Source: Pseudomonadota bacterium
Lineage (GTDB): Bacteria > UBA10199 > 2-02-FULL-44-16 > JBDRGF01
Direction of reading: 5' to 3'
DNA length: 30,823 nt
NCBI GenBank assembly: GCA_043818055.1
Contig: JBDRGF010000062.1
Coordinates: forward strand, 1-30,823
Below, piece by piece: positions 9,562-17,030 of this stretch (positions within the stretch are counted from its first letter, which is position 1; every line of letters begins with the position of its first letter). The translations under genes and the position numbers were made by a program. The notes under the pieces were generated by a model. It made no database searches and was not told where the DNA came from. It saw nothing but the letters and a program-made list of their open reading frames with translations.

Positions 9562-11412
9562 TTAATCTGAACTTGAAGAATACAATCTTTCCTCAGATTC
9601 TAATATCCACGTTTTAATTGGATATCCAGAAGTAATATCATCGAGGATGTGATAGACTTTCTCAACCTTCGCCATTTCGACAAGGCCAATGACCCCAAAA
9701 ATTAAATGTCTTTTGATCTTATAATCTGACAGCATCTTTTTAAGAGATATGTAAATTTCTGGAGAGCCAATCATACCCAAGGCCTCAGCAGCACCCTTGT
9801 AGACAAATTCATTGACATCATTCAGCATTTTCAAAAGATCCGGTACTGCCATCTGATCACCAATTATACCCAACGCCTTGGTAGCTTGAAAACACACACT
9901 TTTATCTTCATCCTTCAACATCTCTAAGAGCATGGGGACAGCTCTTCGATCGCCAATCATACCCAATGCCTTGACAGCGCTATACCGTACGAACCATGTT
10001 TCATCTTTTAACTTCTCTAAGAGTTCCGGCACGGCTCTCGGATCTTCCATGAAGCCCAATGCTGTAATAATCTGGCTATGTATGTAACTATTATTTGTTC
10101 TTTTCAATGCATGCAAAAGTGTTTGAACAACGCCTTTATCACCCCAAACGGCCAACCAGCGGGAAATATCTTCTTTGTGCCAATACACATCATTATCACT
10201 AGATTGTATCACTCTCAAAAGAACAGGGAGGGCTTTAGCGTCGCCAATCTTAGCTAATGCTATGGCTACCTGAACTGTGCAATATTGATTTTCAAATGTA
10301 TTCAAAAGGGCTGGTACAGCCCCTCTATCGCCAATACAACCTAATGCTGTAATAATACTTTCATGTTCATGTTTTCGATAGTGGCTATTTAACATTGATA
10401 AGAGATACTCGACAGTATTTTTATCACCAATATAGCCTAATGTTATGATGGCAGCTATTCTTATATACTCGTTTTCGTCTTTCAGCAGTTCTAGGAGTAC
10501 AGGGACAGCGCTCGAATCATCTATCTTACCCAAGACTTTGCCAAAACCGTTATAATTATTCACAGTTCCTGTCTCTTTTAAAACCTTCAGAAGATATGGT
10601 ACGGCTCTTCGATCGCCAATGTCTCCCAATGCGTCGAGGAGACCAGAGAGCATTAGCGGCCTACAATTTTTCAATTGTTCTAAGAGGGTAGGGACAACTC
10701 TTCGATCACCAATCATACCCAAAACACGGGCAGCTCTATAACAGACATATTCATTTTCATCTTTCAGCAGTTCCAAGAGGGGAGAAATAGTTCCTGAATC
10801 GCCAATGTCACCTAACGCCTTTCTCGATATTCCGCTACCTCCAGAGTTCAAACTCTCAAACTTCAATTGTTCCAAAAGAGCAAGAATAGCTGCCTTGTCA
10901 CCAATTTCACCAAGTATTCCATATAAAATATCCCGATAGTCTTTGTGTCCTGAGCAATTCAATGTCTTTATAATGTCCTGGATCAGATCATTTTTTACAG
11001 CCAGAATTCCCGAGTGCAATATCAGTTCACCAACTTTGTTAGCAGACAATTTATTTTGTGCTTCACCAAAAAGTCCCGCGGCAATTTGTCCACTCTCGCT
11101 TGTAAGTATCGCTACTTCATCTCCAAGTCGTATATTTCGTTCTCCCTTGTTATTTGCTAAATCTCTAACTCCTCTTACAAAATGCTCTAATCTGTCATTG
11201 TTTTCAGGTGAAGAGGAGGTGATCATGCCGTAAATCTGCCTTTTTAGTGCCGGCGCTCCAAAGCCATCGGCTAGCGCTTTGGCCCTGCCATACAGTTGAG
11301 CATTATCGGAAAATTGTCTTGCGCTTTTCAGGAGTCCCGGATCAAATTTTTGACCATCAGCCCAATGGACGAGAGGGCCTGCAGCCCTTAAATTTTTTAT
11401 CTGTATTGCCAT
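9562..11412 (-). CDS. HEAT-repeat protein of the local leader/cap family
   Basis: About 12-13 repeats of ALGxIGDxRAVPxLLExLKDExxxV. Leader HWADGQKFDPGLLKSARQF. Ends WILESEERLYSSSSD. Confidence 0.92.
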   Translation of the reverse strand: MAIQIKNLRAAGPLVHWADGQKFDPGLLKSARQFSDNAQLYGRAKALADGFGAPALKRQIYGMITSSSPENNDRLEHFVRGVRDLANNKGERNIRLGDEVAILTSESGQIAAGLFGEAQNKLSANKVGELILHSGILAVKNDLIQDIIKTLNCSGHKDYRDILYGILGEIGDKAAILALLEQLKFESLNSGGSGISRKALGDIGDSGTISPLLELLKDENEYVCYRAARVLGMIGDRRVVPTLLEQLKNCRPLMLSGLLDALGDIGDRRAVPYLLKVLKETGTVNNYNGFGKVLGKIDDSSAVPVLLELLKDENEYIRIAAIITLGYIGDKNTVEYLLSMLNSHYRKHEHESIITALGCIGDRGAVPALLNTFENQYCTVQVAIALAKIGDAKALPVLLRVIQSSDNDVYWHKEDISRWLAVWGDKGVVQTLLHALKRTNNSYIHSQIITALGFMEDPRAVPELLEKLKDETWFVRYSAVKALGMIGDRRAVPMLLEMLKDEDKSVCFQATKALGIIGDQMAVPDLLKMLNDVNEFVYKGAAEALGMIGSPEIYISLKKMLSDYKIKRHLIFGVIGLVEMAKVEKVYHILDDITSGYPIKTWILESEERLYSSSSD

Positions 11413-11460
11413 AATTCACCCTAATATTTTCAAAATTTATTTTGTTTCTACATAATGTCA

Positions 11461-11472
11461 GGAAGCGCTTCC
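11461..11472. promoter_or_regulatory. Palindromic operator GGAAGCGCTTCC in a divergent intergenic region
   Basis: Perfect 12-bp palindrome in the 76-bp gap between the divergent HEAT and LRR genes. 11455-11472 is the exact reverse complement of 2887-2904. Confidence 0.78.
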
Positions 11473-11488
11473 CAGCAGATTAATAGTT

Positions 11489-13147
11489 ATGAAAAATGGG
11501 AATATAACGAGAATTGGTCAGCAATTATCTTTGCCGTCAATTTTGCATGCCAAGGAGCAACGTGCTGAAAGCGCAACATTATCAATATCAGATGCTACAA
11601 AAATTATTGGACAATCAAACAAAGCGCTTTTCCATCCATACTTTCCACAGAAGTTTGATTCAAAGAGTTGGATAGGGAAGAATCGGAAACTTTTTGAAAA
11701 GAGGGGGACAAGCCTTTTTTTGAACAAAGAGGGATATATATCAGCAATCTGCTCGAGCGAATATCACTTTAAAAAAATATTAGAAATAGATGAACTTCAA
11801 TTCGTTCAGTCTCTTGATCTTTCATCGTGCAGGATAGATGCTGATGGTGCTCATTTACTTTCTCAATGCGAAAATCTGAATAATCTACTCATGCTGGATC
11901 TGTGGAGGAATAGTATTGAACCTGAAGGCGCCTCAGCCCTCGCTAACTGCAGAAACCTTCGCAATCTGGTATGGTTGAATCTCTTGGGGAATCACTTAAG
12001 AGATGAGGGTTTGATAGTCTTGGCACGAAGCAAAAATCTTTCAAATCTTAAGACTTTGATTCTGGCTGAAAACGGCATCGGGCGTGAAGGGGCGATAGCT
12101 TTGGCCAAAAGCGAAACATTTGGAAATCTGTGTGAGCTAGACCTTTGGGGAAATCATATTGGATCAAAAGGTGGAATTGCGTTGGCGCAAAGTGATAAGT
12201 TAACATCTTTATCTGATCTGAATCTCTGGGGAAATAATATAGGCTTTGAGGGCGCAATGGCATTTGCACAAAATTCCAATCTAAAGGGTCTGAAAAAGTT
12301 AAAGCTAGGACTAAACAACATTTGTGATAACGGAGCCGTGGCTATTGCCAACAGTAAAAAGCTAAGGGGTCTTGAAGAATTGGATCTTAGAGAAAACAGC
12401 CTCAGGGACGTGACGGTAACTCTCTTATTCGAAAGCGAAAATTCCCCCAATTTAACAGAATTGAAATTGATGAGAAGTGGGGAGACCGCATCTTCGTTTG
12501 TCGATCAGGTATATCAGATGATGATGATGAGCATAAATGGCGTTGATCCCCATCGCAACATCTTTGGTCACGGAGGAACAAAGGCACAAAAGCTTTGGAA
12601 GGTGCTCAGAGATTTGAGGGTCGGAACAAAGAGCGCCATATCTGAGTTTTCATTTTTTTTCAAATCGTTAAAATCGGTCGAAATTGAGCAAGCGATGAAC
12701 TCCATCATGGCCAGGTATCCCAAAAACCCGATGCTCATCACGGCCTTTTTGTTAATCCCGTCAGCTAAATCAGGAGAAATCAAAGAGCGCTCCCTTTTAT
12801 TTTTGAAACAATTGATTGGAGATGAATCTTTTGTTCAATGGTTTTTAAAGATCATCAGCAATCACGACAAAGATGAAATTATGCAAAGATTTATCAGGAG
12901 ATTTTTTGAATATTACGCCGGTATTCACCCACGAAATATGGAAGAACTGAATAAGTATATAGAAAAGGATACTGAACTCACATTTTTGTCTATACTTCTG
13001 GGGACCATATATGAAAATGGTGAACCAGTCGGTTTTGTGGACAGAAAAAAACTCATATCTATCGACAAGTTCAATGAACAGCTAAAGCAGCTTGAGAAAA
13101 ACTTAAACAATTCGCAACGAGAGATGGAAGAGATTTTATTTCAATAA
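11489..13147 (+). CDS. Leucine-rich repeat protein (28-aa RI/GALA-like) with helical C-terminal domain
   Basis: About 9 LRRs (LDLWRNSIEPEGASALA, LNLWGNNIGFEGAMAFA). The pre-LRR domain is shared with the 2978 and 8451 proteins. Ends QREMEEILFQ. Confidence 0.9.
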   Translation: MKNGNITRIGQQLSLPSILHAKEQRAESATLSISDATKIIGQSNKALFHPYFPQKFDSKSWIGKNRKLFEKRGTSLFLNKEGYISAICSSEYHFKKILEIDELQFVQSLDLSSCRIDADGAHLLSQCENLNNLLMLDLWRNSIEPEGASALANCRNLRNLVWLNLLGNHLRDEGLIVLARSKNLSNLKTLILAENGIGREGAIALAKSETFGNLCELDLWGNHIGSKGGIALAQSDKLTSLSDLNLWGNNIGFEGAMAFAQNSNLKGLKKLKLGLNNICDNGAVAIANSKKLRGLEELDLRENSLRDVTVTLLFESENSPNLTELKLMRSGETASSFVDQVYQMMMMSINGVDPHRNIFGHGGTKAQKLWKVLRDLRVGTKSAISEFSFFFKSLKSVEIEQAMNSIMARYPKNPMLITAFLLIPSAKSGEIKERSLLFLKQLIGDESFVQWFLKIISNHDKDEIMQRFIRRFFEYYAGIHPRNMEELNKYIEKDTELTFLSILLGTIYENGEPVGFVDRKKLISIDKFNEQLKQLEKNLNNSQREMEEILFQ

Positions 13148-13321
13148 TCCTTTTTCACATATGCGGAGTAATCGTAGTTGGGGGAGGCATCGGGAATTGC
13201 GTCGCTGTTGAGGTAATAGTGAGCGTAGATAATTGTGTCCTCGACCCAGTCGTCGTTTCCATCATGACGATAAGGATTAGTTCGAATTCGAGCTTGGCGT
13301 TGAAGGTTTCTTTGAGCCCAC

Positions 13322-13345
13322 ATGTACTAGTCGCGACTAGTACAT
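13322..13345. repeat. Perfect 24-bp palindrome ATGTACTAGTCGCGACTAGTACAT
   Basis: Self-reverse-complementary with no loop. Abuts the stop codon of 13346..13951. Confidence 0.9.
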
Positions 13346-13951
13346 TTAAATAGAGCTAAGTAACTTTTCAATAACAACTCTCTTATCATCGTGCAAAAAC
13401 TGACCTTGATTTTCAAGTAACCAGGCAAGGGCATGAGGCATCTCGTCGCAGAGTTGTATAAGCAGAACGATAGTAGTGTAGCTGCTTTTGCCCTTTTCAA
13501 TCTTTGAGAGTGTTGTCTGTGTGATATTAAAGAGTGTTGCAAATTCGCGCTGATTTAAACCCAACCTCTCCCTAAAAGCCCTAACATCTTCTGCCGAATA
13601 ATTTTTTAAAGCAGGTTCAAATACAAATGTTGAAGGGCCTCTTCGTCCAATTGTCGTGAGAAGTCTAAACGGATCCTCCTCATCCATGGAAATGTCCCAC
13701 TGTTTACAATAATCGCCATAGGCGGGATTCTGTTTTGACGGTATTCGATCAGCTATAGATGGAAAGAGGTTCTTGCTTGAAAAACTATCCTTCCACAATT
13801 CCAGTTCCGGTCCTAATGCAACCGCATCTTTGCTACGCTTATATTGCTTATCATACTCAAAACGAAACACACCTTTTTCTCTGTAGAGTATTCCAACAAA
13901 GACTCTCTTCGTTACAGTCTGACTAAACACATTTATTTTATCTACTTTCAA
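13346..13951 (-). CDS. HipA N-terminal-subdomain (HipS-like) domain fused to an Xre HTH; putative antitoxin/regulator
   Basis: N-terminal FVGILYRE..FRFEYD...LFPSIADRIP matches the HipA-coupled domain pattern. C-terminal VRAFRERLGLNQREFATLFNITQTTLSKIEKG is an Xre HTH. Overlaps the kinase gene by 14 nt. Confidence 0.82.
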   Translation of the reverse strand: MKVDKINVFSQTVTKRVFVGILYREKGVFRFEYDKQYKRSKDAVALGPELELWKDSFSSKNLFPSIADRIPSKQNPAYGDYCKQWDISMDEEDPFRLLTTIGRRGPSTFVFEPALKNYSAEDVRAFRERLGLNQREFATLFNITQTTLSKIEKGKSSYTTIVLLIQLCDEMPHALAWLLENQGQFLHDDKRVVIEKLLSSI

Positions 13952-14879
13952 AATATCCCCCTAAATCTTCATATCGCTTTAAAATGAGTTTTTTTAATGC
14001 TTCACGCATCTGCATTGAAAGAGAAAAGGATTCATCAATATATTCTACAATTTTATCGATGGAAATATCATTGTAAAACTGTTGGGCTTTATTTATTACA
14101 ACAATTCTATCCATCTCTTTCAAATACTCTGTCATCTCAGGCTCATGAGAATCTTTTGTCCATATTTTACCACGCGGAGAGAATGTAGCTTTTAAAGTCG
14201 AGCCGAACTCCAGCCCAAGACTTGAGGGATTATCATAGATTGGTGTCAGGCGCTGAGATTTCGCAGTCACTATCAAAGCCAGATTTCTGCCATGTCTGTC
14301 GTGATTTCCAATCAAAGCGTCAAATAACAACATTCGAAAATACATATCCATATCCGCGCCAGAGCCGGTTTCACGATAAATCGTTTCTGCAATATCTTCT
14401 ACAGTATATCTCTGAGGATCCTGTAACGGTTTATAATGATATAGATGATTAAGAGTTGCATGCACATGTTGTTTTTCCATGAAGTTTTTAGAAACAAATG
14501 CGAGTTCCCCCTCTCCATAATCAATCAGTGTAAAAGGGATGGGAACGCTCAAGCCACAATGGTATGCGATCTTGTTGCAAACGTATTCAACTGGAGCAAG
14601 CTCAGGATATTCCGGCTTAGAAAGTTTAAGGATATATTTTGAAACACCAAGAATTGCCTCATACTTCCTGTAGTTACCTCCAAAGTATGAAGTTAGATGC
14701 GGACTGGTTTGATACTCTTGACCTATATTATGATTATCACTCGTTGACGATTTTCTTATCAGTGAAGAAAATTCGATTCTCCCACTGACTTTGAAAATCT
14801 CTTCAAAGCATGACAGATGCTGCCCATAGTGGGCCTCTGCCTTTTTAAGTTCTTTATTGCATCTTAAACAATATTTCAT
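13938..14879 (-). CDS. HipA-family Ser/Thr kinase toxin lacking N-subdomain 1 (HipT-like)
   Basis: Gly loop YFGGNYRK, YILKL, EYVCNKIA, catalytic FDALIGNHDRHGRN, LTPIYD. N-terminal CxxC...HxxC. Confidence 0.88.
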   Translation of the reverse strand: MKYCLRCNKELKKAEAHYGQHLSCFEEIFKVSGRIEFSSLIRKSSTSDNHNIGQEYQTSPHLTSYFGGNYRKYEAILGVSKYILKLSKPEYPELAPVEYVCNKIAYHCGLSVPIPFTLIDYGEGELAFVSKNFMEKQHVHATLNHLYHYKPLQDPQRYTVEDIAETIYRETGSGADMDMYFRMLLFDALIGNHDRHGRNLALIVTAKSQRLTPIYDNPSSLGLEFGSTLKATFSPRGKIWTKDSHEPEMTEYLKEMDRIVVINKAQQFYNDISIDKIVEYIDESFSLSMQMREALKKLILKRYEDLGGYFESR

Positions 14880-14890
14880 GACTAATATCT

Positions 14891-14951
14891 ATATCAGGGT
14901 TATATTGACATAAATATATGTCAAGATAATCCTGATATATATTTATGTCAA
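14891..14951. promoter_or_regulatory. Nested inverted-repeat operator/promoter of the HipA-family operon
   Basis: 48-bp imperfect palindrome ATATCAGGGTTATA-TTGACATA-AATA-TATGTCAA-GATAATCCTGATAT (14891-14938), plus a further TATGTCAA half-site at 14944-14951. TTGACA occurs on both strands. Confidence 0.7.
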
Positions 14952-15083
14952 CAATAAAATATAATTCAAAATACCTAGCAATTTTGAATAGATATAAAAA
15001 TGATCCACGTATGGAAGGAGGCGGGGGGGGCAACACATTACCTCTACATTTCAGCTGGGCGATGACCCTTATCATAAATTTTC

Positions 15084-15231
15084 GTAACTATTCAGGTATC
15101 TGTCATTTCAGCGTAGGCGGGAATCCAAATACAATAAGGCTTTCCTGGATCCCCGATCAAGTCGGGGATGACAAACAGGGCTATACAACGTCAATCATTT
15201 CAATATGTTATCAGGGTACCTGAATAGTTAC
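15084..15231. mobile_element. 148-bp MITE with 15-bp TIRs and 8-bp TSD, carrying a REP/RPE-like hairpin pair
   Basis: TIRs GTAACTATTCAGGTA (15084-15098) and TACCTGAATAGTTAC (15217-15231). AAATTTTC is duplicated at 15076-15083 and 15232-15239. Internal TGTCATT..GCGTAGGCGGGAATCCA...TGGATCCCCGATCAAGTCGGGGATGACA at 15101-15173. Confidence 0.88.
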
Positions 15232-15266
15232 AAATTTTCTATATAATTTCCCAAAAATCACCCTCC

Positions 15267-15296
15267 CAGGAAGCGCTTCCTGCCAATGGATATAAT
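15267..15296 (+). promoter_or_regulatory. Operator CAGGAAGCGCTTCCTG plus TATAAT -10 box upstream of the GT2-Rhs operon
   Basis: Perfect 16-bp palindrome at 15267-15282, TATAAT at 15291-15296, GGAGG RBS at 15312-15316. Confidence 0.75.
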
Positions 15297-15324
15297 AGTT
15301 AAAAAATATCCGGAGGGCGCTGAG

Positions 15325-17007
15325 ATGAATAAACGAAAACTTATGTATCTGACAATTTTGATCACCTGGGTGGCAAGCCTCATTCACTTTGAACCGCGGC
15401 TCTTTTCCCTTTTTCATCAGGATGACCCCTGGTTTGCTTCGATGGCTATCCTCTTTTACATCCTCTGCATCAATCTTTTTTGGTTTTATGGATTTTTTCA
15501 CCTTTTTCTGGTCGTTTTTTCATTATTTTCGACCAAAAATAATGGAAAAAGACTAAAAAAGGGTGAAAAAACAACAAAAGTCGCTCTTTTATATACGACA
15601 AAGAACGATTTCAAAGAGAGGGCAGCAATTTCCTGCATAAATCAGGACTATGCCGATTTTCACCTCTTTCTTCTCGATGACGGCTGTGAGGAGGCAAAAA
15701 AGAGGGAGATCGACGCATTTCATGTCCAGCACCCGGAAAGAACTACTATTATAAGGAGAGGTGACAAAAGCGGGTTCAAGGCTGGAAATTTGAACAACGC
15801 TCTGGAAAATTGTGTCATCGACTATCCATATTTTGCCGTCATCGATGCAGACGAGGTGATCCCCTCCGATTTTATCTCAAAGATGATCCCCCACTTCAAT
15901 GGCGATCCGAAGGTCGGTTTTGTGCAGGCGGTTCACAAAGAAAATCCGGATCAGCCGACCGGCTTTGCAAGGGATATGGCGCAGACGGTGAGCGTCTTTT
16001 GGCAGCGCTATCTGCCCGCGAGGCAAAATTTCGGCTTTTTGATGTTCTTTGGACACGGCGCAATCATCCGCCGCTCGGTCTGGGAGGAGATAGGGGGCTT
16101 TCCCGAAATAGTCTCCGAGGATCTCGCCTTTTCAACGCGCATGCGCGAGTTCGGCTATTATGGAAGGCTCGCTCAGGATGTGATCTGCTTTGAAGATGTC
16201 CCGGAGGACTACGAACAGTTTCGCCGCCGCCATATCAAATGGGTGAAGGGGGCGCTCGAATATTTTCGCAAGCACCTCATCGGCTTTGTCCGATCAAAGC
16301 ATGTTTCATGGGTTGAGAAGATCGATGTAGTCGCATCGACTTTGAGCTTATATCTTGCGGTCCCTTTCATTCTCTTTCTTCTGGTTGCCAACGTTATGCT
16401 TCCGATCCTTTTCAATCAACAGCCTGAAGGGGTGCTCTTCGTCGAGCCGCTCTTTGGGAAGACTCTCAAATTATGGCCTGTCTGGATGATGGATCCCCGC
16501 TTTGGCATAACGTGGAGTTGGGATTTTCTTGTTGTCACATTGATAAGCATGTTCTCGCCGGTATTTGGTTTTATGCTTCAGATGCTCCCCTTTAGACCGA
16601 AGAAGTTTCTTGGGTTCATGGCCAAATCGACAGCCGCGTATGTATCGCTCATGGTTGCAACCTTTATGGCCACGGTCGATTATCTGATACACGGAAAGGC
16701 GCTCTTTCTTGTGACGGGAGATTCGAGCCTTAAAAAAAACGGCGTCAATTTCGCCATGCTGTTTGAATTAATATTCGCCTCCATCCTCGTGCTGGTCGGC
16801 ATCCTCACTGTCAACATAGGGCTGCTGGCAGTGGCTATGGCCTTTTTGCTGGGACCGCTCATCTATAAATTTGGCTGGGAGAAAAAGTGGCTCCGCCCCA
16901 TCCTCTATGTGCCATTGATTTTGATGATCATGATGTTCGCGATGGTCGCCTACTCGATGGTGAATGTGCAGGGTGTCTTTTTGGGCATGGTGCCGGTGAA
17001 TTTGTAG
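15325..17007 (+). CDS. Processive membrane GT2 glycosyltransferase (cellulose/glucan-synthase-like)
   Basis: Two N-terminal TM helices, LLDDG, GFKAGNLNNAL, DAD, VGFVQ, GHGAIIRR, SEDL, and RHIKW in place of QxxRW. Several C-terminal TM helices. The RBS favours ATG 15325. Confidence 0.9.
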   Translation: MNKRKLMYLTILITWVASLIHFEPRLFSLFHQDDPWFASMAILFYILCINLFWFYGFFHLFLVVFSLFSTKNNGKRLKKGEKTTKVALLYTTKNDFKERAAISCINQDYADFHLFLLDDGCEEAKKREIDAFHVQHPERTTIIRRGDKSGFKAGNLNNALENCVIDYPYFAVIDADEVIPSDFISKMIPHFNGDPKVGFVQAVHKENPDQPTGFARDMAQTVSVFWQRYLPARQNFGFLMFFGHGAIIRRSVWEEIGGFPEIVSEDLAFSTRMREFGYYGRLAQDVICFEDVPEDYEQFRRRHIKWVKGALEYFRKHLIGFVRSKHVSWVEKIDVVASTLSLYLAVPFILFLLVANVMLPILFNQQPEGVLFVEPLFGKTLKLWPVWMMDPRFGITWSWDFLVVTLISMFSPVFGFMLQMLPFRPKKFLGFMAKSTAAYVSLMVATFMATVDYLIHGKALFLVTGDSSLKKNGVNFAMLFELIFASILVLVGILTVNIGLLAVAMAFLLGPLIYKFGWEKKWLRPILYVPLILMIMMFAMVAYSMVNVQGVFLGMVPVNL

Positions 17008-17030
17008 TTTTAATTTTTAAGGAGGTTGTG

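Noticed and set aside
14854..15223. Short ORFs 14854..15075(-) and 14945..15223(+)
   Set aside because: They run through the operator, a poly-G tract and the MITE, with no RBS or protein-like features.
16887..17030. 48-aa N-terminal extension of the Rhs ORF
   Set aside because: It overlaps the GT2 gene. The RBS and signal peptide indicate ATG 17031.
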